Shown here in pieces: positions 10,701 to 20,009 of a stretch of 56,777 bases of DNA. The DNA comes from a virus (lineage: Duplodnaviria; Caudoviricetes). The position numbers were made by a program, and so were the translations under genes. The first letter of the stretch is position 1, and every line of letters starts with the position of its first letter. Where the stretch lies: positions 1-56,777 of the IMG/VR virus record IMGVR_UViG_3300046822_000213. The stretch is one strand, 5' to 3'. The notes under the pieces are model-generated. The model saw only the letters and a program-made list of their open reading frames with translations, was not told where the DNA came from and searched no databases.

Positions 10701-12302
10701 ACTAGCGGCAACGGCCCGCGCGTCTATGCCGACCCCACTAATATGGTGTTCCAGCTTGGCACTTCGAACGGCTCTTTCTATTGGTGGAACAACGGCGGCG
10801 GCACGCCAATGTTGCTGACCGCAGCGGGAACCCTCATCGTCAACAATGGTGCCGATGCTATAGGTGCGAAGCTGATCGTTACGCGTACTCCCTCAAACAA
10901 CAATAACTATTGGGATACGGCGACTGCGACATTCCAAGATGCGCGCGCAATGGCGCAGGGCGTCGGTGGCGGAATTAGCTTTGAAGGGCTGTACACGACA
11001 GCCGGTGCGTGGGCCGATCTCGGTGGCATCCAAGCACGTAAGTTTAACGCTACGTCGGGGGATTTCACTGGCACCCTTGACATTTGGGCGCGCGGCGGCA
11101 ATGTTAATTTCTTGAGTAACGGTGGCATTGGCGTGGGCCTGCTTGCTTCTATTTCCAGTGTCGCATGTCTCACCATCAATGGTGGCGTCGATAGCGTAGG
11201 TGCAAAGCTTTATGTGTCGCGAACGCCGGGAGCCAGCCCGGCTAATTGGTGGGAAATCCCGACTGCAGTATTTCAGGATAAGCGCCCGTTCGCGACGGGG
11301 GTTGGTGGTGCAATCGCCTTTGAATGTGTAATTGATGCCGCCGGGACATGGTGCGAGCTAGGCGGTATCCAGGGGGCCAAGGCCAACGCTACCTCGGGCG
11401 ACGTTACCGGAAACCTCAACATTTGGGCGCGGAACGGCAACGTTACTTTTTTCAGCTCCGCTGCTGCTATCGGCAGCGGTGTGATGGCTTGGTTTAATAC
11501 CAGCGGCTTAAATATCGTCAACACTCTGCTGGTCATGGGCAATGGTAATTCTGGCGGCCTTCGCATGGCCTCGAATACCAGCGGGACCGGCTACGGCTCG
11601 TTTTTTCGGAATGATAGCACCTCGACTTATTTGTTGTTAACTAACAACAACGATGCTTTTGGTAGTTGGAACAACTTGCGTCCTATCGTGGTGGACAACG
11701 CCACGGGCAACGTGACGATGTCACATCAGGTGACGATCGGCGGTCCTTTCGTTTGTAATCAAATGCTCACGGTGGCCAACAACTACCCGATTTATGGTAA
11801 GGACACCGCAGGCACGGCGCGTGCGATGATGAACTTTGCCTCTGATAACAATATCTGGATAGGCGACAATGGTCGATGGATAGTTTTCAGTGCTGGTGGA
11901 GCGGGTATAATTCCTGCAGCTTCCAACGCAAATTACTGCGGATCCAGCAGTAATTACTGGTACCAAGTATATGCGGGTTCGGGCGGTTTTCAGACCGGCA
12001 GTGACCGCCGAATGAAGATCGGCATCGAGGACTTGCCAGATTGCCTCGATCTGGTGTGCCAAGTCACACCGCAACGCTTTCGCTGGCGCAATGGTCCCGA
12101 CACTTTGCGTACACACTGGGGCTTCATCGCTCAAGACGTTGGTGAGGTGTTGGGGGAAGACTTTGGCGGATATACCCCTTCTGACCCCGCCAATCCTCGG
12201 AGCATCGCTGGTCTCGCCTATAATGAGCTTGTCGCCGTATTGTGGAAAGCCTGCCAGGAGATGAAAGCTCGGATTGAAGCGTTGGAGGCGAGAGTTGCTT
12301 GA
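7767..12302 (+). CDS. Baseplate central spike (gp138/gpV-like N-terminus) fused to collagen stalk, fibre and peptidase S74 chaperone
   Basis: [27 protein letters not shown]...R.H...DA..IPG; (G-X-Y)n about 8640-9300; C-terminal SDRRMK..I...HWGFIAQDV...[14 protein letters not shown]. Confidence 0.85.
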   Translation: MAQGVYQQAERFLDPDELRRRELEEFQSRLRTAAPIIIKENQTKQNTVKFDPALKTAVLQADGTIKWQQVPTVSSAPLLFLGGGGMHITIPVQPGDEGLAIFAERAIDAWWAKGSIQNQDQARMHNVTDAFIIPGFHSQPKKIDNVNTTSMQMRTTDGKTNFNFDPTNGGAMTLTTPNNPTTIQGKAFNTNTQDATHTVTNGVKYNTPSVNVSGKVDAKAGFFINGKPISGSGAGGSGGVSPAPPGGSDGQGGSSGTTPALGDFWWDAVGGQLYIWYDDGNSAQWVAATNMPGPPGPTGPMGPPNGNTIWSGSGAPTAGIGQNGDFYIDNVGHVIYGPKASGAWPGTGVSLIGPAGPPGPPGSVGPAGPTGPTGPQGIPGTQGVKGDTGPAGPRGATGVAGADSTVPGPEGPAGLQGAPGLAGPQGPQGVKGDTGSVGPQGPIGLTGATGPTGADSTVPGPQGPQGPIGLTGATGATGAASTVPGPSGPPGPQGATGATGAAGATGPQGPTGNAAVVAGSGISITGTAPQTISTATPYLPLTGGTLTGPLNFSLSAQPNTGIIITTYSGGAVAPNPAVIYQAARGTLAVPTAVQLGDSLGAIVARGYGATGFSPASKAGIAFVAAENWTDAAQGAYINFNVTPAGSITGATYLSLNNFGLTLASGVSLYLAGVTSGNGPRFFGDTTNIGFELGIGNGSYLFYNNTPAVVMSLTAGGNLTVSGGVLTLNNGTSNWIDLGSLGYAPPSFTTRSIGTKLVLFGGIGASAADYALGIEGGTMWSSVPLTTNAFNWYGGTTLAMTLYGTGNLLLHGALTLTNASQVSVVFNNTTPAITTGGLWRWTVGTGGNMNLQVNTAAAGDWSTYNNNLYVTPTGNATFTSSVAIAPPAGNWPTLILQKSGAADASSIYGYKGANPRWQMTLGNQSAESTGNVGSDFGLYRFTDAGAYIDSPFTINRANGGVQLGGNVAINGTTLFFAGVTSGNGPRVYADPTNMVFQLGTSNGSFYWWNNGGGTPMLLTAAGTLIVNNGADAIGAKLIVTRTPSNNNNYWDTATATFQDARAMAQGVGGGISFEGLYTTAGAWADLGGIQARKFNATSGDFTGTLDIWARGGNVNFLSNGGIGVGLLASISSVACLTINGGVDSVGAKLYVSRTPGASPANWWEIPTAVFQDKRPFATGVGGAIAFECVIDAAGTWCELGGIQGAKANATSGDVTGNLNIWARNGNVTFFSSAAAIGSGVMAWFNTSGLNIVNTLLVMGNGNSGGLRMASNTSGTGYGSFFRNDSTSTYLLLTNNNDAFGSWNNLRPIVVDNATGNVTMSHQVTIGGPFVCNQMLTVANNYPIYGKDTAGTARAMMNFASDNNIWIGDNGRWIVFSAGGAGIIPAASNANYCGSSSNYWYQVYAGSGGFQTGSDRRMKIGIEDLPDCLDLVCQVTPQRFRWRNGPDTLRTHWGFIAQDVGEVLGEDFGGYTPSDPANPRSIAGLAYNELVAVLWKACQEMKARIEALEARVA
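8640..9302 (+). repeat. Collagen-like Gly-X-Y repeat region
   Basis: [10 protein letters not shown]...GPQGPTG with recurring ADSTVPGP interruptions. Confidence 0.9.
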
Positions 12303-15297
12303 TTTCCCCAATAATCCCACTAACGGCCAGCGCTTCACCGATCCGACTGCTGGCACGACCTGGATGTGGGACAGCCAGAAGTGGCTGGCGGCAGGCACCA
12401 GTTTTTATCTACCACTGATCGGCGGCACGCTGACCGGCAACCTGTTCCTCGCCGATCGCACTTTGCTCATCTTCAACAACGGCAGCTACGGGCCGCCAGC
12501 CTTCACCACGCGCAGCGTGGGAACGAAGATCATCCTCTGGAGCAACATCAGCCCGACGACCGTCGACTACGCCATCGGCATGGATGGCGGCACCCTGTGG
12601 TTCTCGGTCCCCGGTGGAACCGGCGGCAGCGTCTTTCAGTGGTACGGCGGCACGACGCCAATGATGACGCTGAGCGCGGGAAGCCTCACCCTCGCCGGAA
12701 ACCTCACGGTGGGCGGCAGCATCGCTGCCAACGGACAGATCAGTGCTCCCGGCTTACTTGCGACAGGCACGGGCGCGCAGGTCGCTTGGGCGGATCGCAC
12801 GAATACCGGCCAGGGCTGGCTGTGGTACTCGACGGGCGGGACCGCGCGCCTCTACAACGGGGGCGACAGGTTCTGGGTCGACGCCAACGGGCAAGGCACT
12901 TTCACCCAAGGTGTCTATGCTGCCGCCTTCGCTATCGGCGGCACTGGTCATTTCCTCTACGACGCAGGCAGCGGCACATTTACTATCCGCGCGGGGCCTT
13001 CTAGCGGTCCTTATGGTTATTTCAACTTCCAGAGCAACGGCGTCATCACCGCAACGGAACTGGATACCGCAGGCTGGGGCATCCGCTACAACGGGTTCAG
13101 TGACGGTGTCCACGGCTTCGGCTTCGGGTGGGATGGCGCTCATGTGAAGTGCTACGTCGATGGCGGCGGGGCCGTCCTGACGCTCGCAAATGTAGGTGAT
13201 ATTTACAATATAGTGGGCGGATACCTTCCGCTCGGCGGCGGGCGCATGACGGGCCAGATCGGCACCAGCGGCTCGCTCGGCGCGATCTCGCAATCAAGCC
13301 TGACGACCGGGCTGATGGTTTATGGTAACGGCGGCACTGGCGATGCTTCATACCTCATCTTTCACCGGCCCAGTCAGTACGCCATAGCCTTTGGCCTCGA
13401 CACCGACAATCAGATGGCATGGGGCGGCTGGAGCATGGGCGCAGCGCGGCGCGTCCTGTGGGACACGGGAAACTTCAACCCCGGCAATTACCTGCCAATA
13501 GGCGGCGGTACCCTTTCGGGCAGCCTAACGACCAACGGCATTTTTGTTACGACTGGCGGTCAGGTCGTCATTTACAACAGCACCACAATTGGGTTTCATG
13601 TCCAGAATGCCAACGGCGACTGGGTTCGCATGTACGATGACAGCCAGCCGCACATCGAGACCAGCGGCAGCACGCTTTACCTCAATTACACGAATGGTGC
13701 GACGGTTTATACAGGTGGCCAGATTCAGTGTAATGACTTATATTCTCGCAACAATTTAAACTGCGCTGGGAGCATTGGAGGTAGTGGTCATTATCTTTAT
13801 CTCAATGGATGGGGAAACGGTAATGTCAACTCCACAGGCGGGCCGTTCATTTATGCCGATGGCAGTTGGATCATCCCCCATCTAGGTCCGGGAAACGCCG
13901 GATTTGCTATTCAGGCGACCGGCGGCAACGACGTTTTTACCGTCGACGGCGCAGGCAATACCACTGCCTTCGGTGACCTTCACACCAACCATCAAATATT
14001 CATGCCGGGAGACAACTGGTTGTGGCAGGGCGGGCGCGCCAGCATCCTTCAGTCGAGCGACGGCAACTTCTATATCGGTGACGCGGGCGCGGGCTGGAAT
14101 ACACGGTTGCGCGGTGCCACCGTTTATGTCGACGGTGGCGGCTTCCGAGTCAACAACAACGACAATTGCAGAACAGTATGTGCTAACGGGAGTCATGCCC
14201 GTTGGTGGTATGAAGTCTCTGGCACCCGTTTGTGGAGCCAGGGCTGTGTCAGTTGGGGTAGCTGGTATCTTGCTGATGAAAGTGCTGGCGCAGTTCGCAT
14301 GGATATCGATGTGAATGGCCGACTTACTCATTACGGCGAAGTGGCGATGCCTAATAACACGTACCTATGGTTCAAGGACACCAATGGCTCGGTGCGCTAT
14401 GGTCTGATCTTGGCGAATGACAATCAGTATTATCTAAGCGATGGCAATATTAACGTCATCGTCCGCGCTCCAAACATCTACTTGCAAGGTTACGTGCAGG
14501 GAAACGGCAATATTTACGCCTCTGGTAGCCTTGGTTCCAATGGGATTTGGTTCGGCAACAGCGGCGGCTGGTGGTGGACCGGCTCGCCGATCCACACCGA
14601 CAGCGATATTCAGTGCAACAGTCTCTATTTTGGCGGTTGCCGCATCTACAACAGCGGCGGGTATGCCTACTTTGATCAGACGGTGCATGCTGCTGGCGTG
14701 TACTCACGTGGTGACATCTGGAACGCGGGAAACATCAACTCAGGTAATCAAGTCAATGGTGCCTACATTCACAGCACAGGCGATGCGCGGTGCGACGGCA
14801 GCTACACCTGTGGCGGCTGGTATTACGGCGGCGGTAACGGCGGCGCTCAAATCAGGTGCTGGGCGGGTGACTGGGGCGCGATGTCCTACGCCATGAGCCA
14901 GGGGTATTTTGAAGTCAGCCCGGATCAAGGCGTCTCCGGCTTTGTTCTCCAACCCGTCACCAGTTGGTCCGACGCGCGGTTGAAACTCAACATCCGCGAC
15001 AGCGAGATCAATGCCTTGGCAATACTTTGTGCGATACCCGTGCGGGCTTTTGACTGGACACCAAAGGGGCGTGAATTGATGCCCCAAGATAACGGCCCTT
15101 CAGTGTCGTGCGGCCTCGTAGCGCAGGAGGTTGAGGAATTGATCCCCAGTGCGGTGAATATGGTTCCGGTTATTGGCGATTTTGCTAGCGAAGGCATGCG
15201 CTGTCTCGCCAGCGAGCAGCTTCACGCTTATTACATCCGCGCGATTCAGCAACTAAATGATCGCATTGAGGAACTAGAGGTCCGCTTAGCCGCCTGA
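12295..15297 (+). CDS. Tail fibre 2 with C-terminal peptidase S74 chaperone
   Basis: Likely TTG start at 12295 (GGAGG 6 nt upstream; [12 protein letters not shown]); [11 protein letters not shown] motifs; [23 protein letters not shown]. Confidence 0.85.
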   Translation: MLDFPNNPTNGQRFTDPTAGTTWMWDSQKWLAAGTSFYLPLIGGTLTGNLFLADRTLLIFNNGSYGPPAFTTRSVGTKIILWSNISPTTVDYAIGMDGGTLWFSVPGGTGGSVFQWYGGTTPMMTLSAGSLTLAGNLTVGGSIAANGQISAPGLLATGTGAQVAWADRTNTGQGWLWYSTGGTARLYNGGDRFWVDANGQGTFTQGVYAAAFAIGGTGHFLYDAGSGTFTIRAGPSSGPYGYFNFQSNGVITATELDTAGWGIRYNGFSDGVHGFGFGWDGAHVKCYVDGGGAVLTLANVGDIYNIVGGYLPLGGGRMTGQIGTSGSLGAISQSSLTTGLMVYGNGGTGDASYLIFHRPSQYAIAFGLDTDNQMAWGGWSMGAARRVLWDTGNFNPGNYLPIGGGTLSGSLTTNGIFVTTGGQVVIYNSTTIGFHVQNANGDWVRMYDDSQPHIETSGSTLYLNYTNGATVYTGGQIQCNDLYSRNNLNCAGSIGGSGHYLYLNGWGNGNVNSTGGPFIYADGSWIIPHLGPGNAGFAIQATGGNDVFTVDGAGNTTAFGDLHTNHQIFMPGDNWLWQGGRASILQSSDGNFYIGDAGAGWNTRLRGATVYVDGGGFRVNNNDNCRTVCANGSHARWWYEVSGTRLWSQGCVSWGSWYLADESAGAVRMDIDVNGRLTHYGEVAMPNNTYLWFKDTNGSVRYGLILANDNQYYLSDGNINVIVRAPNIYLQGYVQGNGNIYASGSLGSNGIWFGNSGGWWWTGSPIHTDSDIQCNSLYFGGCRIYNSGGYAYFDQTVHAAGVYSRGDIWNAGNINSGNQVNGAYIHSTGDARCDGSYTCGGWYYGGGNGGAQIRCWAGDWGAMSYAMSQGYFEVSPDQGVSGFVLQPVTSWSDARLKLNIRDSEINALAILCAIPVRAFDWTPKGRELMPQDNGPSVSCGLVAQEVEELIPSAVNMVPVIGDFASEGMRCLASEQLHAYYIRAIQQLNDRIEELEVRLAA

Positions 15298-15352
15298 CTT
15301 CCCGCCCGGCGGCGTGCGTGGTATACTCGCGAACTGATGAAGGAACCTACCA

Positions 15353-15715
15353 ATGGTCGCCTACACCGACGTCCCGGCTGCTAATGCTCTCGTTGAAGAG
15401 CAGGCCAAGATTAATCAGGGGATCGCTCTGGTCGACGCGGGCGGCAAGATCTCGTCTTTCACCATCATTCCACCATTACCCGATCCCGGCAGCCCTCCGG
15501 GGGTGCCGATGATGTCGGCCACGCTCTCGGCGGTCGACCCGTCATTGTCATTTATGCAGTCGGTCCGTGATGCGATGGTGGCGCGCAGCGCGGAAATTGA
15601 TGACGAGCTGGCAGCGCTGGGCGTTGACCCGCCGCCGCCACCCGATCCGCCAGCAAGCGACAGTGGTACCCGTTCTATCTCCGCAACCGGCATCATAGGA
15701 GCGTTTAAGCCATGA
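15353..15715 (+). CDS. Fibre-associated paralogue 2
   Basis: Similar to the N-terminus of 7182 (YxDxP...EQ....Q.I.L...GG...SFT..PP...MMS...I.DELA). Confidence 0.6.
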   Translation: MVAYTDVPAANALVEEQAKINQGIALVDAGGKISSFTIIPPLPDPGSPPGVPMMSATLSAVDPSLSFMQSVRDAMVARSAEIDDELAALGVDPPPPPDPPASDSGTRSISATGIIGAFKP

Positions 15716-15921
15716 CGACACCAGTTGGCCCGACCCAGCCCTTCCATGTGACCCTGCAGGCGCAGGAATGGAACAATCTGATCGCGGCGCTGCACGATGC
15801 GCCGTACAAGATTTCCGCACCGCTGATCCAGTCGATCAGTCAGCAGCTCCAGGAACAAGCCGATAACGCGCCTCAGCCCAACGGCACCATGGGAGTCGGC
15901 ATTCCGATGCAGCCCAACTAG
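15712..15921 (+). CDS. Small helical protein (fibre assembly-associated?)
   Basis: ATGA coupling; L...EWN....AL...PY....PLI..I..Q pattern often found beside fibre genes. Confidence 0.55.
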   Translation: MTTPVGPTQPFHVTLQAQEWNNLIAALHDAPYKISAPLIQSISQQLQEQADNAPQPNGTMGVGIPMQPN

Positions 15922-15924
15922 GCG

Positions 15925-16413
15925 ATGCGTTACCGCAAGCTCGATCAAAACGGCGACATGACTTTTGGTCATGGCACTGGGAATTTCTGGCATGACGTAC
16001 CGGATGCGGTGGGCCAGTCAGTCCAGACCCGTCTCATGCTGTTTGCGGGCGAGTGGTTCCTCAACATCACGGAAGGCACACCGTGGGGCGGCTTCCCGCT
16101 CAATGACCAAGTGGTGTTGCAAGGCCGTATCTTGGCTGAGCATACCCAGTTGTCGCGCGATGCGGCGATCCGTGACCGCATTATTTCGACGACGGGCGTC
16201 GCGACGTTGGTCGAGTATTACAGCACGATTGATGCCGAGACGCGCGCGTTTCGCGTAAATGCGGTGATCGACACGACCTACGGCGGCAACATCGTCCGGT
16301 TGACGATTGCCGCCGTACCGGGGGCGCAACCAAATGTCCAAATCAAGGTTGCGCCCACCATCAACGTGACGAGACCGCCGCCGCCATTCCTGCGACAACT
16401 ACCGGCACGGTGA
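15925..16413 (+). CDS. Baseplate wedge / sheath initiator (gp25-like)
   Basis: MRYRKLD.NGD.TFG.G...AV.Q.V.TRL.LF.GEWFL...GTPW; immediately upstream of baseplate J. Confidence 0.75.
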   Translation: MRYRKLDQNGDMTFGHGTGNFWHDVPDAVGQSVQTRLMLFAGEWFLNITEGTPWGGFPLNDQVVLQGRILAEHTQLSRDAAIRDRIISTTGVATLVEYYSTIDAETRAFRVNAVIDTTYGGNIVRLTIAAVPGAQPNVQIKVAPTINVTRPPPPFLRQLPAR

Positions 16414-16417
16414 CGCG

Positions 16418-17611
16418 ATGCCACCTCCCGTCACTACCATCCAATACAACGGGGTCGTGACGCCGTTGTTCACTGATGTACTGGCTTACTTGCAGGATCA
16501 GTACAAGTCAATCTATGGGCAGGATGTCAATCTTGCCGCCGACACCCAGGATGGACAGTGGCTCGCGGTCACTGCCTTGGCGATCCACAATGCCAATCAG
16601 ACGATCACCGCCGCTTACCAAGCCTATTCTCCGACTTTCGCGCAGGGGGCCGGGCTGTCGAGCGTCGTTAAGATCAACGGCATCAGGCGGCTGCGGTCGA
16701 GCAACAGCACAGTGATTCTGCAGTGCGTCGGGACTGCCGGGCGGCAGATCGGCGGCGGGGTGGTCGGTGACAATCTCAGCCTCGGCACGTCGTGGACGCT
16801 GCCTGCCGATGTGACGATTCCACCAGAGGGCGAGATCGAGGTGACCGCCACCTGCACCGTCACTGGGTCGATACAGGCTGAGATCGGCACCCTGACCGAG
16901 ATTCTGACGCCGATACCCGGCTGGCAGACGGTGACCAACCCATCCGCCGCTTCTATTGGGTTGCCGGTAGAGACCGATGCCGCATTGCGACGCCGCCAGA
17001 CGCAATCGGTCGCCAATCCGTCGCAAACCGTGGTATTGGGCATCACCGGGGCGATCGAGAATATTTTGGGCGTCAGCCGAGTGATGATTTACGAGAACCC
17101 GCACAGCACATCCGACATCAACGGTCTGCCGCCTTATTCCATGGCGATCGTAGTCCAAGGTGGTGATATTCAGGCTGTCGCTGATGCCATCGCCCTGCGC
17201 AAGACGCCCGGCAGCCCGACTTATGGCACTACCAGCGTCATGGTGTTCGATAGTCGGGGTGTGCCATCAGTGATTAACTTCTTCGAGCTGACGCTGGTGC
17301 CGATCTCAGTTGCCATCACCATCACCGCTCTCCCTGGCTTCACCGCGAACATCGAAGCGGCGCTGGCGGCGCAGGTGATCGCTTTCCTGTCGACGCTGCC
17401 GATTGGCTACAATTCGTTCATCTCGAAGCTCATCGCCGCTTGCCAGCTACCGGAACCGGACGGGTTGACTTACGATGTCATCACCGTCACCCAGTCACGC
17501 GGCGGCGCGGCATTGGCGGCGACTGACGTCGTCATTTCATACATCGAAGCCTGCGTCGCGGATTCCACTACGATCGCAGTGACCGTTAATGTCGTACCCG
17601 GACAACCTTAA
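16418..17611 (+). CDS. Baseplate J-like protein
   Basis: IYG.D..L..D..DGQ, A.G..L....NGI.R, I.TP..GW..VTNP..A..G...ETDA.LR.R motifs. Confidence 0.9.
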   Translation: MPPPVTTIQYNGVVTPLFTDVLAYLQDQYKSIYGQDVNLAADTQDGQWLAVTALAIHNANQTITAAYQAYSPTFAQGAGLSSVVKINGIRRLRSSNSTVILQCVGTAGRQIGGGVVGDNLSLGTSWTLPADVTIPPEGEIEVTATCTVTGSIQAEIGTLTEILTPIPGWQTVTNPSAASIGLPVETDAALRRRQTQSVANPSQTVVLGITGAIENILGVSRVMIYENPHSTSDINGLPPYSMAIVVQGGDIQAVADAIALRKTPGSPTYGTTSVMVFDSRGVPSVINFFELTLVPISVAITITALPGFTANIEAALAAQVIAFLSTLPIGYNSFISKLIAACQLPEPDGLTYDVITVTQSRGGAALAATDVVISYIEACVADSTTIAVTVNVVPGQP

Positions 17612-17625
17612 GGGGGGACCCTATT

Positions 17626-18285
17626 ATGACGGGCCTTACTGATCGCACTGCCCAAGCCTTGCTGAGTCACATCACCGGCAAGGCGACGATGTTCCCGATG
17701 CCGACTGCTTACGTCGCGCTGTTCACTGCCGTGGGTATCGATGCCGGAACCGGCTTTGTTGAATGCTCGGGCGGGGCCTATGCTCGGGCGGTGACGGCAG
17801 CAACCGGCTGGACCACCGCGAGCGGCACTGCACCCAGTACCATCCAGAATGCGACGCCGATCACCTTTGCCATTTCGACTGCCTCCTGGGGAACCGTCAT
17901 TGGCTTTGGGTTGTATGATGCGCTGTCCACTGGTAACCTTCTGGCTTGGGACTTTTTTGGTAACTACCCGTGGCTCCCTGCCGAGTGCTCGGCGGCGACG
18001 CCTGCAGTGATCACTGCGGCTCAGCACCAATACCTAGCCAGCGACAGCATCGTCTGGTCGATTGAATACGGTGGTATCAACCCAACTTTCACCCAGGGTG
18101 ACTTCACTGGTATCTTGACCGTCACCACTCCGTTGACCGACACTTTCACCGTCACCAAGGGTGCGACGGCGGTCAACACCAGTACGTCGGGTAACGGCAT
18201 GGTACGAAAAGTTGCTTCGCAACAGATCATTTCCGGCGTACAGCCAACTTTCCCTGCCGGTTCCTTGATCCTTACCGCTGCTTGA
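17626..18285 (+). CDS. Tail/baseplate structural protein (short fibre-like family)
   Basis: YVALFT..E.SGGAYAR..N...ITF...T.SWGTV..FGLYDA...GNLL motif, with an internal insertion. Confidence 0.65.
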   Translation: MTGLTDRTAQALLSHITGKATMFPMPTAYVALFTAVGIDAGTGFVECSGGAYARAVTAATGWTTASGTAPSTIQNATPITFAISTASWGTVIGFGLYDALSTGNLLAWDFFGNYPWLPAECSAATPAVITAAQHQYLASDSIVWSIEYGGINPTFTQGDFTGILTVTTPLTDTFTVTKGATAVNTSTSGNGMVRKVASQQIISGVQPTFPAGSLILTAA

Positions 18286-18291
18286 TGATCG

Positions 18292-19989
18292 ATGGATCTT
18301 TCTGGTCGCATTACTGCGACCACATCGACCAGAGGGGGAAGGCTATCACCGGCTAGGCTCCTGGCCGGTCGCGTCACTGCGGCTGTCTCATCGCAGAATT
18401 GGTTGGCATGGGTAGTCAGCGGTCGTATTAGCACCGCATTTACTACTCGATCAGTTTTAACAACACCGCTGCCTCAAGTCATCCCGCTCACCGGGCGCGC
18501 GATCTTCATGACCCACATGAGATCGCCGCCCGGTGGTCCGATGTTGCGGTATTTTCTGACTGGCCGCATCACCGCGACCAGCACGGCGCGCACCAGCATC
18601 TTCTTCCCGGTTATCGGTCGCCCGATGAATTTGGCTGGTCGCGTCACCGCGACCGTCACGGCGTGGGCCTCCCAAGATTACCCGACAGTTAAGCTGTCAG
18701 GGCGCATCACCTCAACCGCTCGGGCATCTTTCCTCTCCATCAATTTCATCAATGTAGCGGGCCTAATTACTTCGACCACGCGGGCGCGTCTCCGGTCGAT
18801 CCCGATACTGGTCCTGTCCGGGCGCGTCACCGCAACCACTCGGGCATACTTCCGTTGGATTGGGCTAAATTTAGTAGGCGGCAGGCTCAATATTGCCGTT
18901 AAAGCCACTCATGCTGGCTTCCCGTTCCATCACCTCATGGGTCGCGTCAAGTCGACCACCAGTGCGCGCCTCGATTTTCCCGCTCTTATTGGTCAGGTTT
19001 CGTTAGCGGGTCGCATCAAGTCGACCACCAGTGCGCGCCTCGTCGGCGACTACATGGTCTGGGTCGGGGGCCGGGTCAAGACTACCAGCACGGCGCGCCT
19101 CGACTTTCCAGGATTGCAGACCTTCCTAACCGGCGGTCAGTTTGTTGGTTTTGCCGGGCCATCCGTTTCGACGCGGATGTTCGGCCTATTCAATCCGAAT
19201 TTTGATCTACTTGCCAGCCGCATCAAGATCACCCTACGGGTGTCGATCGACGTTGCGGAGCTGTATCCGCCGCGACCGGACATCCCGGTAGCTTTCCCAG
19301 TATTCACCACTGATTATTACCTCGGCTACATCACCAGCGAGCATAATCAGCGGCCAAAATACATGCAGACGGTCAGCATCACCGTCGAACCAATGGTAGA
19401 TGACGCGTATCTTGCCGCCAGTCTGCCGGTGTTGTTTGATCTCGATTATTCAGTAGGTGAGCAGGAGGACTTCACTGGGCAGTGGATCGGCAAGAATCGC
19501 TGGATCCAAATGCCGATGGGCTTCTTTTCTTGGGATACACCGAGCCTCGGCTGGGATGAAGCTAACTGGCAAGGTCCATTCGATGCAGCCAACTACATAC
19601 AGCGACTGGACGACTACCACTACCGGATGTTACTGTACGCTGCCATCATCGCCAATCATTGGGATGGTTCAGTACCAAAGGCCTATGAAGCTTGGGACAC
19701 TCTGCTCTCCTACACTGGGCTGCGGGTGATCATCCAGGATTATGGCAATATGACGATGCTGTACGGCCTGCTATGGACCGAAAAGCCGTCAACTGTGCTG
19801 CTCGGGCTATTCACGACCGGTCAGATGGACTTGAAGCCGGAAGGCATCGAGTTGCTTGATTACGTATTCCCGCCATCAGCCAGCACGCCGCTGTTCGCTT
19901 GGGATGCGGAGAGCGATTCGGTCGCGGGTTGGGACGTGGGTGAATGGGGTATTTTGGTGCCGCCGGGTACTGGCTTTGTGCCAATCTGA
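18292..19989 (+). CDS. DUF2612-like baseplate wedge protein with long N-terminal GR(I/V)TxT repeat extension
   Basis: C-terminal ITSEH...PKY, FDLD..VG.Q.D..G.W.G..R, L.D..YR..L.A.I..NHWDG, D...M.M; about 13 N-terminal repeats. Confidence 0.75.
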   Translation: MDLSGRITATTSTRGGRLSPARLLAGRVTAAVSSQNWLAWVVSGRISTAFTTRSVLTTPLPQVIPLTGRAIFMTHMRSPPGGPMLRYFLTGRITATSTARTSIFFPVIGRPMNLAGRVTATVTAWASQDYPTVKLSGRITSTARASFLSINFINVAGLITSTTRARLRSIPILVLSGRVTATTRAYFRWIGLNLVGGRLNIAVKATHAGFPFHHLMGRVKSTTSARLDFPALIGQVSLAGRIKSTTSARLVGDYMVWVGGRVKTTSTARLDFPGLQTFLTGGQFVGFAGPSVSTRMFGLFNPNFDLLASRIKITLRVSIDVAELYPPRPDIPVAFPVFTTDYYLGYITSEHNQRPKYMQTVSITVEPMVDDAYLAASLPVLFDLDYSVGEQEDFTGQWIGKNRWIQMPMGFFSWDTPSLGWDEANWQGPFDAANYIQRLDDYHYRMLLYAAIIANHWDGSVPKAYEAWDTLLSYTGLRVIIQDYGNMTMLYGLLWTEKPSTVLLGLFTTGQMDLKPEGIELLDYVFPPSASTPLFAWDAESDSVAGWDVGEWGILVPPGTGFVPI

Positions 19990-20009
19990 CATAGGGGGGC
20001 AATGACCCA

